Shown here: one piece after another, positions 30,106 to 38,256 of the stretch
Position numbering within the stretch: position 1 is the first letter of the stretch
Layout: each line of letters opens with the position of its first letter
Virus record (IMG/VR): IMGVR_UViG_3300003669_000091
Coordinates: 1-62,004 of that record
From: a virus
Taxonomy: Duplodnaviria > Caudoviricetes
Length of the DNA stretch: 62,004 bases
Reading direction: 5' to 3' (one strand)
The notes under the pieces: model-generated
The model's database searches: none
Told to the model about the DNA's origin: nothing
The model's input: the letters and a program-made list of their open reading frames with translations, nothing else
Made by a program: the position numbers and the translations under genes

Positions 30106-30146
30106 ATTGTGCGGCCCGCCACGACACCCCAATTTCTTGGTTTTCC
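30106..30146 (-). promoter_or_regulatory. Predicted late promoter 5 (GGAAAAC-N28-CACAAT)
   Basis: GTTTTCC at 30140-30146; hexamer at 30111-30106; ATG 30099 follows after 6 nt. Confidence 0.8.
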
Positions 30147-30153
30147 GGGCGAC

Positions 30154-30648
30154 CTATGCCGACACCGTTGCAGGCCTGAGCAATCCCAGCTTCTCACGAG
30201 CGGCATTGATCGCGTCCTTGAGGTAGTCGCGCCGCTCGATCAGGATCGCTTCCATGCGCGGTGCAGCCGTCCGGATTCCCGGAGGCATCTTTACCAGCGT
30301 CGCTGCCAACCGCTTCTGGAACGCTACCCTACCGTTCTCCATCGCCTTGGTGATTTCCTCGATGGCCTTCTCATGGTCATCCTGATTCTTGATCGGAATC
30401 ATCCTGTCGTTGACCAACACCTGGAAGATATCTCCAGTCTGCTTGATGCGCAGCGTTGCTGTCTGGCCATCGCCGAAAATCATGCGCAGTTCGCGATAGC
30501 TCACCCCGGCTACCCGCTTGACGCCACCCGATGTATCGGCTTCGACAACCTTGGCTCCCGCCCTCAAGAAATAGCGCTTGGCCTCCACGGTACCGGCATC
30601 TTTGCCGGTCATTCCGCTGAAATTGAACAGAAGGCGTTTGTTTTCCAT
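30154..30648 (-). CDS. hdf: Hdf-like protein (homologue of a DarA fragment)
   Basis: FGDGQTATLRIKQTGDIFQVLVNDR..P mirrors the DarA DGQT..N motif; directly upstream of darA as in P1. Confidence 0.7.
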   Translation of the reverse strand: MENKRLLFNFSGMTGKDAGTVEAKRYFLRAGAKVVEADTSGGVKRVAGVSYRELRMIFGDGQTATLRIKQTGDIFQVLVNDRMIPIKNQDDHEKAIEEITKAMENGRVAFQKRLAATLVKMPPGIRTAAPRMEAILIERRDYLKDAINAAREKLGLLRPATVSA

Positions 30649-30669
30649 TTTGAAGTCCTCTCGTTTGAA

Positions 30670-31302
30670 TCAATTCACTGGGCCAGTGTTGCCGCCGCTG
30701 GTCTTGTCCTGGTGAGTGTGCTGATCGCCAATATCTTTTCCGTTGCACGAGATACCACCGTCAATGTCGATCTGCCCGATCAAGTTGAAATTGCCAGACA
30801 TAGAAGATCCGCTACCATCCCCGTCCTGCACAGACAGGGATTTGGCGACGGTATGATTTCCGGTACAAGTCGTGATCGGAGAATCGCTGATGATCTGCGG
30901 GGCCTGAAGGATGATCTTCGTGTCAGACTTGATCAGCACATCACCGCCAGCGATAAGCTTCATCAGCGTGGTAGCAAGCAACTCCATGTTCTTGTGGTGC
31001 CAGCGGCGCCAATCGACAGAATTTCCGGTCTGCGGATTGCGGTATCCGGTAACGATCGGGTACCTCGGGTCCGCCCCGATAAACTCGACCCACACAGGAT
31101 CACCATCCAGCATTTCGATCTCTGTGGAAAATTGACCGTTTCGCGATTTATCCCCGATGGAGTACTCGATCTCGGCTTCCGGAAGAATGCTTCCTCCGTC
31201 GGTCAATCCGGGAATCTCGATGCGACAGGTGCGCTTGTTTCCGTTGTACGAACGGACTATTCCCGGGTACTTTCCCGGCATCAGGCCAACATCCATGCTC
31301 AT
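30670..31302 (-). CDS. Baseplate central spike (gpV/gp5-like)
   Basis: OB-fold YPGIV..CRIEIPG..GDPVWVEFIGADPRYPIV; C-terminal HTH metal-binding apex (QHTHQD..GGNTGPV). Confidence 0.85.
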   Translation of the reverse strand: MSMDVGLMPGKYPGIVRSYNGNKRTCRIEIPGLTDGGSILPEAEIEYSIGDKSRNGQFSTEIEMLDGDPVWVEFIGADPRYPIVTGYRNPQTGNSVDWRRWHHKNMELLATTLMKLIAGGDVLIKSDTKIILQAPQIISDSPITTCTGNHTVAKSLSVQDGDGSGSSMSGNFNLIGQIDIDGGISCNGKDIGDQHTHQDKTSGGNTGPVN

Positions 31303-32189
31303 GACTTCTCCGCCAGCCAGAGCCGACTGTACTGATTGGACCCGCTACCATCGGTGCCGCTTTCGAAGACATGCACTGCGGTCACCACAGCCAGGTCGCC
31401 ATACCCAACGATTCGTATCATGTCTCCGGCTGATCGGCTGTATGTCGGCCCAGTCTTGATCACGCGGCGATGCACGAGCGCCGACGACATGTTGCGCAAC
31501 TGAAGCGGAGTCTTGAATGGTGAGTACCCGACGGAACGGGCTTTGGTGCGATCCCCGAACACGAACTCGCCGGCGGCATTCAGCGAAAAGAACCACGGCA
31601 ACTCATGCCGTTCAAGGAATTCGCTCTCCACCTCTTCATAGGCGTTGTCGGCCAGTGTCTCAGCCGGCTCCTGCCGAAACAGATCGGCAATCCGCCTGAA
31701 CTGCAGGCGGCCATTCTTCCAGCGGACAATTCCGCCCTCTTCTTGCAGTATGCGGGCGACGTGGAAACTCGGCACACCGCCCACCGGGCAGACAAAACGC
31801 GACACAGAGAAATCGGATTCGACGGCCTTCAGCGAGCAACCGGCAGCACGGTACAGCCCGAACAGCGTAGCGTTCTCGGCGATGAGCGCTCGTTCTCGCA
31901 CGTAGGCCATCAGCTTGCAAGAGTTGATCAGCGCAATCACCTTCTGAGCGCCCATCTCTCGGCGCCCTTGCGCCATGCGATTCGAGACATTTCCGACATA
32001 GACGATGGATAGTTCATCGCCATTGGCGAGAGATATCGTCTTCCCTTCGACAATCTTGCGCTTCAAATCCTCATCGAACCTGATTTCCGCCTCAAGCGTC
32101 ACCGGTACCGGCGAAGCATCGGATCGGATTACGGCAGAGCGGATCATGTCTCCCTGAATCTGCCTTCCATCTTCGGTGTAGAGAATCAT
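31299..32189 (-). CDS. Baseplate hub (gpD-like)
   Basis: Upstream of the spike; C-terminal AGD..I.G....VVTAVHVF pattern. Confidence 0.6.
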   Translation of the reverse strand: MILYTEDGRQIQGDMIRSAVIRSDASPVPVTLEAEIRFDEDLKRKIVEGKTISLANGDELSIVYVGNVSNRMAQGRREMGAQKVIALINSCKLMAYVRERALIAENATLFGLYRAAGCSLKAVESDFSVSRFVCPVGGVPSFHVARILQEEGGIVRWKNGRLQFRRIADLFRQEPAETLADNAYEEVESEFLERHELPWFFSLNAAGEFVFGDRTKARSVGYSPFKTPLQLRNMSSALVHRRVIKTGPTYSRSAGDMIRIVGYGDLAVVTAVHVFESGTDGSGSNQYSRLWLAEKS

Positions 32190-32195
32190 TGACGG

Positions 32196-32561
32196 TCAGA
32201 CCGTCACGATGGCCATCGAAAATGCCTGTCTCGGCATTTCTGCCTCAGCACGTTCGATGTCGCCCGACACCTCGGCAACTTGACGGCCAAATGCATCGAT
32301 GCCCATCACTCGCGAAGCCTCCAGCTGAATAGCCGTCTCGCGCTCGACGTACAGAAGGAACAATGGTCGGATCAGCGCCCATTCCGAATCGGTCAGTTTC
32401 GAGTTGGCACTGATTGATCCGGATGATGTGGATAGCTCGGAGAATCCAGAATAGAAGCGTGTGGCGGCCACGGCCTGAGCCAAAACGACATCGCTATCCA
32501 GCATAACGCCCACGGGGCGTTCGCTGGATAGAAAGGCATCGACAAGGTCAGAGACTGTCAT
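32196..32561 (-). CDS. Virion morphogenesis protein (head-tail adaptor-like)
   Basis: Helical 121 aa in the tail operon. Confidence 0.5.
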   Translation of the reverse strand: MTVSDLVDAFLSSERPVGVMLDSDVVLAQAVAATRFYSGFSELSTSSGSISANSKLTDSEWALIRPLFLLYVERETAIQLEASRVMGIDAFGRQVAEVSGDIERAEAEMPRQAFSMAIVTV

Positions 32562-32564
32562 GGC

Positions 32565-33065
32565 TTAGCTGTAGTTCGACGAATTCCCGGGGATCACTTC
32601 CCCGAAATAATGGAAGAACAGCGTGCCGTTGAAGGTCAGAACCTGGGAGCGGTTTTCCCAGTCGCGGTCCGGATTGTCCATCTGCATGAAGCAATCGACG
32701 ATGCGCTTGGCGCGCAGGAACTTGACCGGCGTTCCTTCGTAAATCTTGGCGTTGAACACGCCACCCTTGGCCAGCAAATCGATGAGCATCTTATCGACCG
32801 AGCCAGCGATGGTTTCGTAAAAGGCCACAGCCCCTTGCTGATGAACCTTCGCCTGCTGCGGTTGCCAGGCGCCGCCGCCCAACGGCGTTGATATCTCGAT
32901 TTCTCCGGCCGGAGAGAGTTCAGGCCAAGGAGCCTGCTTCGCCAACAGGTACATCTGCTCGAAACCTTCAATTTCGAAGGTGAAGTCAGAAGCAATGGCC
33001 TTGGCACCCTGACCGGCAGCGCCATCATAGAACTGCTTGAGGTAAGCGGCATTGGAGACGGTCAT
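32565..33065 (-). CDS. Tail tube-like protein
   Basis: 166 aa, strong codon bias, first gene after a late promoter; beta-rich tube-like pattern. Confidence 0.6.
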   Translation of the reverse strand: MTVSNAAYLKQFYDGAAGQGAKAIASDFTFEIEGFEQMYLLAKQAPWPELSPAGEIEISTPLGGGAWQPQQAKVHQQGAVAFYETIAGSVDKMLIDLLAKGGVFNAKIYEGTPVKFLRAKRIVDCFMQMDNPDRDWENRSQVLTFNGTLFFHYFGEVIPGNSSNYS

Positions 33066-33102
33066 GATTTCCTCGCATTGGTGTGGTTTTCCATGCGAGT
33101 AA

Positions 33103-33143
33103 AGTCTGAGGCGGCCGTTTACCTCATATTTGCGCCGTTTTCC
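33103..33143 (-). promoter_or_regulatory. Predicted late promoter 6 (GGAAAAC-N28-CAGACT)
   Basis: GTTTTCC at 33137-33143; hexamer at 33108-33103. Confidence 0.7.
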
Positions 33144-33149
33144 GATGTG

Positions 33150-33458
33150 CTATCGTCGTTTTGAGAGCACCTTTCCAAGGTATCCGATTGACCGGATGAC
33201 ATCGTTCAAACGCGAGACGATGGCTGATTGCGCCTTCCCCTCGGCCTCTCTTCCCTTTTTCCAGGAAGCAAACGCCTTTCCGGTGAAGAACTGGCCGGCG
33301 TCGCTGGGGCACATCTTGAAGCCAAGCGGCAGAGGGGTATTTGCGTACAGCGCCAGGTTATGCAACATCGCCTCGAGACTGTCCGATAATTCTGCGCGTG
33401 AATTCCGAGATACAGGAATAGGCAGGAAATCGGGCCGGAGGAAGGTCTGCGCCTCCAT
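33150..33458 (-). CDS. Small tail-assembly-chaperone-like ORF (start 33458 or 33368, or a frameshift extension)
   Basis: Overlaps the 3' end of 33358-34119; LALYANTPL..GFKM.PS...F resembles chaperone C-terminal extensions. Confidence 0.45.
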   Translation of the reverse strand: MEAQTFLRPDFLPIPVSRNSRAELSDSLEAMLHNLALYANTPLPLGFKMCPSDAGQFFTGKAFASWKKGREAEGKAQSAIVSRLNDVIRSIGYLGKVLSKRR

Positions 33459-34119
33459 CCCCCCCTTTCCTTGGTAGGAATACTGGTCCTGATTCAGAAA
33501 ATTCAAGTTGGAACAGGTGCGACAGCTTGACTCGCGCCGCTTCGAACATGGCAACCATGACTGCGAAATCGCTTTCTGCATACGCCATCAGTATCTTCAT
33601 GCGATCAGCCAAGGCCTCATCGCTGATACTTACGCCTACCTGCTCTCTGTCCTGATCACGAATGAACTGGGCAGCCATGGCCCCGACCATCCAATGGAGG
33701 CGTCCTGATATTCCAGAAATCTCTCCGTTCAGTCGTTCGATCGACTCCGCCATGGCACCGGTCAGATGCTGCAAAAGCCAGACATCTCCACCGTGCTCAC
33801 CGGCCGCCACAGTCGGCGACTTGTGGTCGACGGAAGCATCCAGATAGTCCGAATACCTCCCATTGCCAACTGAAAAATCCGGTCCATCGTCGGATACCGA
33901 TGCCAGGTAGTGCGCAGTGGCCATGGCTCTCTCTTGGACAGTCCAATCAGCCGGGTCAGCTACGCCCTTGATGCTCTGTGTGGCTCGACGCAAGAACTCC
34001 GTGGTGGAAGCTTGCTCGAGACTATCGGGGATTGCCATTACAGCCAGCGAATCACCGATGGCAAGTTCTCGCAACTGAAGCGTCAGTCGGCGCGTACGCA
34101 GGGTCGGGATATGGATCAT
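33358..34119 (-). CDS. Baseplate/tail assembly protein
   Basis: 253 aa; LQLRELAIGD and WTVQER motifs; in the tail operon. Confidence 0.55.
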   Translation of the reverse strand: MIHIPTLRTRRLTLQLRELAIGDSLAVMAIPDSLEQASTTEFLRRATQSIKGVADPADWTVQERAMATAHYLASVSDDGPDFSVGNGRYSDYLDASVDHKSPTVAAGEHGGDVWLLQHLTGAMAESIERLNGEISGISGRLHWMVGAMAAQFIRDQDREQVGVSISDEALADRMKILMAYAESDFAVMVAMFEAARVKLSHLFQLEFSESGPVFLPRKGGDGGADLPPARFPAYSCISEFTRRIIGQSRGDVA

Positions 34120-34628
34120 GGTTCCTCGCTTGGAGCGATTACGTGCAAGTCGTCGCGTCTGTTGCAGACAAAGCGTCGCGTGTAGGGTGGAATACCGATA
34201 GTCGTTTCGGTATCGACAATCTCGAATGCCAGTTTCACGATGTCACCGATAATCAGGTAGAAGACATCACCCTTTGCCGGTTCGAACCATTTTTCGGTAC
34301 CGGGTTCTTCCTCTGGCTCAATCAGAAAACGGAACTCATCAACTCCGGACGGCCCGTTGCTTGCATCCCGGCGTTCGTTCAATTGCCCTGGCGAGAATTG
34401 CTCGGCCGGAAGCACGTAGCCATTGCCGATCCATTCCCAACTGATGTCCTCTTCGTCCTCAGAACTGATCACCCCAAGGCCGCCCATAGTCGGCATGCCG
34501 GACTCTTTCGGAGCATCGCGATTGATCGTCTTTCGAAAGACCTGGCAATTCGCGGAGTTCGGATGGTGAATCACCACGTTTCTCGCCATCTTGTTGATGG
34601 CATTCGGTACGCCATTCAGCATGCGCAC
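34116..34628 (-). CDS. Virion morphogenesis protein (head closure-like)
   Basis: Beta-rich, PAKGDVFYL motif. Confidence 0.5.
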   Translation of the reverse strand: MRMLNGVPNAINKMARNVVIHHPNSANCQVFRKTINRDAPKESGMPTMGGLGVISSEDEEDISWEWIGNGYVLPAEQFSPGQLNERRDASNGPSGVDEFRFLIEPEEEPGTEKWFEPAKGDVFYLIIGDIVKLAFEIVDTETTIGIPPYTRRFVCNRRDDLHVIAPSEEP

Positions 34629-35704
34629 TATCCTTTCTGAGCCGCTGCGGCCGCTGCGGCAATTTGTGCATCGGTAAAACCAAGCGCCTTCATGCCGGCG
34701 ATCTGTGCATCGCTAATTCTTCCACTTGAAAGTGCTGTTGCAATACTACGTGATGCAGCGGCAACACGCTTTGGCGAAGGCGCCTGTTCAGCGGCTTTGG
34801 CAAGTGCTCTGCGAGTACGCGCTGCTACTCGGTCGTTATCTCTTCGCCTCTTTGCTGCGTCGATATCTCGACCGCGCTGTTTGGATGCCGCCGCAGCCGT
34901 CTCCGCCTGTTTCTGTGCAAGATTGGCCTTCCCTGTCTCGGATGCGCGGGTCTTCTCGATCATCCTTGTGAGGAAATTGAGAACGCCAGGGCCCGACTCG
35001 ATTTCAGCCATCACACGCAAGACGTGCTTACAGGCAACGCCATGGAGGTTCGGGTTACGAATCTTCGGGTAGCCTGATTCTGGCCGACCCGCATTGAATC
35101 CTCCGATGCTCGCAATGTAGCGGAACCAGTAGCGGTGCCTTCCACAGTCGCAGTCGAACGCCAGGGGCTGTTTCCGGAGCCATTGAGCAGACTTCTTTGG
35201 TGCATCATTTGCTCCGATTGCCGCGGCAAAGTACGACATGAAGGCAACGGTCACATGATGACGCGTAACGTCAGAATCGGGACCGGCATTGGTCACAAAG
35301 CGGACTTTCTCGCGGAGGGATGAAACTGCCACCGCATGCCGAATCTGAGTGTTTGCCTTTTCACGGTCCTCGGCGAGAGAGAAATCAAGCACCTTGCGCG
35401 CGGTGATCCCACCCTTGTACTTCCCCTGCAGCATTCGGATGTTGTGCCGATAGGCTGCAAGGTCGTCGGCTGTAATCGCCCGTACGGTACCGCCGAGGGT
35501 GGTGTAAAGCAGTCGCGTGGCGTCGTATTCGCCCTGGACATCATTCGGATTGAGGATGATTGACTGAGGGTGGCGTGCCGCCTCTGTCCGCTGCTGCAGG
35601 TCAGCCTTTGCACGTTGCTGCTGTTCCTTGACCGATCCCTTGACCTTGCCAAGCCAGGATGCTGTCGACGATTTGCCGGTACTCTTACCCTTTGGTTTGG
35701 CCAT
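34628..35704 (-). CDS. SWIM-type zinc-finger phage protein
   Basis: FDCDCGRHRYWFRY...GVACKHVLRV (CxC...CxH). Confidence 0.7.
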   Translation of the reverse strand: MAKPKGKSTGKSSTASWLGKVKGSVKEQQQRAKADLQQRTEAARHPQSIILNPNDVQGEYDATRLLYTTLGGTVRAITADDLAAYRHNIRMLQGKYKGGITARKVLDFSLAEDREKANTQIRHAVAVSSLREKVRFVTNAGPDSDVTRHHVTVAFMSYFAAAIGANDAPKKSAQWLRKQPLAFDCDCGRHRYWFRYIASIGGFNAGRPESGYPKIRNPNLHGVACKHVLRVMAEIESGPGVLNFLTRMIEKTRASETGKANLAQKQAETAAAASKQRGRDIDAAKRRRDNDRVAARTRRALAKAAEQAPSPKRVAAASRSIATALSSGRISDAQIAGMKALGFTDAQIAAAAAAAQKG

Positions 35705-35705
35705 G

Positions 35706-36044
35706 CTACTCAGCCCAGACCGGAGCGCCGCTGTTGCGATATTCCGCGATCGACTCGAAACCAGCCATCCGCTTGATTTGCATCAGCTGCCCTTCAGTCG
35801 GGAGGGTCAGCCTGACCATCGGGATACCAACGTCAGGGGAACTGATGCCTGCTGCAGCCATCACGGCCAAGTACTCGTCACGCCGGCCATAGACGCGCTG
35901 GGAAATGAGGGTCGGGTCCATGACTTCGTCAGGCGTCACCTCATGCCATATCGCCTGCTCCCACATTTTCGTACGCAGAGCAAAATCACGCACCGCTCGA
36001 TAGAACCGGTTGGCGGCGCCGGTATCCTTGTCGATAGCACTCAT
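35706..36044 (-). CDS. Baseplate gpX/gp53 LysM-like protein
   Basis: EVTPDE..DPTLISQRVYG....LAVMAAAG...LTLPT. Confidence 0.6.
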   Translation of the reverse strand: MSAIDKDTGAANRFYRAVRDFALRTKMWEQAIWHEVTPDEVMDPTLISQRVYGRRDEYLAVMAAAGISSPDVGIPMVRLTLPTEGQLMQIKRMAGFESIAEYRNSGAPVWAE

Positions 36045-36544
36045 ATCGAGACAATCCGGCCTTGCATGATGGCGACCTGGGCGTCGTAAATGGTATCCAT
36101 CATGTCGAATACCTTCGCGGCAGTGTCGGCCTTACGGTAGGCATACCAACAGCTGGCCAGTGCCGCCATCTGCAAACAACTGATCCCTTCCGAAACGCGA
36201 TATTTAGGGCCGCGCGTGTCAGCGCCATCCTTCTCGATCACGGAATCAGGATTCGCTCGCTGGGCTTGCTGACCGAACACCAGGCGAGGGCTTTTTTCAT
36301 CCGTCGCGACGCCAGACAGCAAGGCATAGTAGGCCACGATGGCATCGGCGATATCGTCGTTGGAAAACGTTGCGTCGCGCTCGATACCTGGCTCGTTGGT
36401 GATCACCATGCAATCGCGCAACCGATCGCGCCGGAATGCCGCCTCGCGACTGATGACCAAAACACCCGTATCTTCGGCATAGGCCGAGTAGAGCGTCATC
36501 ATCTTCCCGCCAAAACCAGAAATGGTGGTCTGAATCGGGATCAC
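36041..36544 (-). CDS. Hypothetical protein in the morphogenesis operon
   Basis: Overlaps both neighbours by 4 bp. Confidence 0.6.
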   Translation of the reverse strand: MIPIQTTISGFGGKMMTLYSAYAEDTGVLVISREAAFRRDRLRDCMVITNEPGIERDATFSNDDIADAIVAYYALLSGVATDEKSPRLVFGQQAQRANPDSVIEKDGADTRGPKYRVSEGISCLQMAALASCWYAYRKADTAAKVFDMMDTIYDAQVAIMQGRIVSI

Positions 36545-37269
36545 GGGCGCGGCTCCGTATTGACGCCGACAACCTCGATCACCAGCGGATAGCCAGCCGG
36601 GTCGGTCGTGCTGCCCACAGTGCCCTGCCCGTCGTTCGGCTCATTGAGCTTCGGTGCGGAGAAAAGCGGGATCGAGGCCTTGAGTGTGAGATCGGCCGCC
36701 AGCACGGAAAGGTTTTTGTTCCCTGTCTTGACTTCAATGGCCGGAACTTCCGGTGTCTCGATCTGGACCGGGAATGGCAAGGCCTCGCCGGCGAAGCTGT
36801 ATTGGGCGAAGAACCGGCGATTATCGACGGCATCCACGAACAGCGAGAACTGCGAAGCCAGTGATTTGGCCGTCGCTTCATCCACAGCGCAGAACGCGAC
36901 CTGGGCGCGGATGTCGCCGCCCATAACACGCAGGCCGAAACAGCGCTCCTTCTCGTCGCCCGGAAGAATCACATCCATGCGCTCTGAAATCTGGCGTCCG
37001 AAGTCACGACCGGTCGGGATGTAGTCCTTCGCCATGGCGACGATCACAACCGGTAGCTTCGGCGGCTGGGTAGGCGCTTGGTCTGTATCGTTGCGCTGCC
37101 ACGAGGAAACCATTTCCTCGACCTGATCAATCATCCGGCCCGGGGCCCAGACGCATGACTTTGCTAGGCCGCGCACAACGAATTCATGCATCGGCTTGGT
37201 TGTCGGTACCAGCGACGAATAGAACTCGGCGATGTAGGTGCCGAAGGCTTGTTTGACCTCGATGGTCAT
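36541..37269 (-). CDS. Tail completion/terminator-like protein
   Basis: KLPVVIVAM motif; position after the protease gene. Confidence 0.5.
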   Translation of the reverse strand: MTIEVKQAFGTYIAEFYSSLVPTTKPMHEFVVRGLAKSCVWAPGRMIDQVEEMVSSWQRNDTDQAPTQPPKLPVVIVAMAKDYIPTGRDFGRQISERMDVILPGDEKERCFGLRVMGGDIRAQVAFCAVDEATAKSLASQFSLFVDAVDNRRFFAQYSFAGEALPFPVQIETPEVPAIEVKTGNKNLSVLAADLTLKASIPLFSAPKLNEPNDGQGTVGSTTDPAGYPLVIEVVGVNTEPRP

Positions 37270-38096
37270 CAGCCCCTACCGGCCTTTGAGAAGGAAGCGA
37301 CGATGCGATCGTATTCGGCTGCTTGCGCCGGATCGGTCTTCGATGGCTCAATGATCCGCGGCAGAGCAGACTGTCGGAACAATGCAGAGTCGCGACGGAT
37401 GCGCTCAACAGGCTCGATGCTTACCGAAAATCCAGCAGTTCCATCCAGGGTAAGAATAGGCTTCATTTTTCCGCTGGCCAGCATGGACAGCAATTGCTCG
37501 TTCTCGGCGCGCAGGTTGTCGCAGGTATCGGCCAAGGCATCGTTGAGCGCCGTCGCCGAATCGTACAGCGCCAGCATGCCGCTAACCTGCTCTTTGTAGG
37601 ACGCTGAAGCCATGTCGTCGAGCGTCATGCCTTCCGTATCGTCCATGGTCAGTTCGTAGCCACGGTTACCCGAGTAGTTCGGGCTCAGCACATAGTCGAA
37701 ACCGTAAAACCGGTTGTTGATTTCATCGATGGCGGAAGAGAACCCGCCGGTCTTTCCGTTGTACAGCCGAGCAGCAAGCTGCCCCGCTTCCGTGTCCAGG
37801 AATTCGACCTTGTGTTCGATGGTTCCGTCCTGGTAGGCGCGGAGATGCGTCGAAACGATTGCTGGTTCTACCTTCTGTGCCTTGCCATTGGCGATGCCAC
37901 CCTCGGCGGCATTCAGGCCCCAGATGCGGCGAGGCCAGTGACCGTAGAACCCGACCAGGTCGCGTAGCTTTACCCGCTCCTGACAGGCCGGGCCGTTGAT
38001 CTCGCTGCAGATGGCCTGAATGTTGAAATTCCGCTCTTTACCGGTGAAGCGCCGGCCGCGGTCCTTCAGGTTGTATTTGATGATTGGCGTTTCCAT
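37269..38096 (-). CDS. pro: Prohead (head-processing) protease, P1 Pro-like
   Basis: GFYGHWPRR, IEHKVEFLDTEAG, GGFSSA, FYGFDYVLSPNY; start ATG 38096 after GGAGAG. Confidence 0.8.
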   Translation of the reverse strand: METPIIKYNLKDRGRRFTGKERNFNIQAICSEINGPACQERVKLRDLVGFYGHWPRRIWGLNAAEGGIANGKAQKVEPAIVSTHLRAYQDGTIEHKVEFLDTEAGQLAARLYNGKTGGFSSAIDEINNRFYGFDYVLSPNYSGNRGYELTMDDTEGMTLDDMASASYKEQVSGMLALYDSATALNDALADTCDNLRAENEQLLSMLASGKMKPILTLDGTAGFSVSIEPVERIRRDSALFRQSALPRIIEPSKTDPAQAAEYDRIVASFSKAGRG

Positions 38097-38121
38097 TGCG
38101 CATCTCTCCGGTGATGCGCTG

Positions 38122-38162
38122 ATGTTATGGTCGCTCGGTTGATGCTTTCCTCGTTGTTTTCC
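38122..38162 (-). promoter_or_regulatory. Predicted late promoter 7 (GGAAAAC-N28-TAACAT)
   Basis: GTTTTCC at 38156-38162; hexamer at 38127-38122. Confidence 0.8.
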
Positions 38163-38256
38163 TTGGAACCCGCCATGCGATGTCATTTCACACCAATCAA
38201 CTTCATAGCCTGATAATTTCGCTGAATCGGATGAATCAATCGTTGTCCTACTACTC

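Noticed and set aside
30085-31335. 416-aa plus-strand ORF (likewise 8962-9882, 43303-44250 and 55551-56933)
   Set aside because: Fully overlap well-supported minus-strand genes and have shadow-like composition.
33086-33092. Second GGAAAAC in the tube-gene leader
   Set aside because: No NANNNT at 28-nt spacing (that position falls inside the CDS); it lies in the hairpin loop and is not counted as a promoter.
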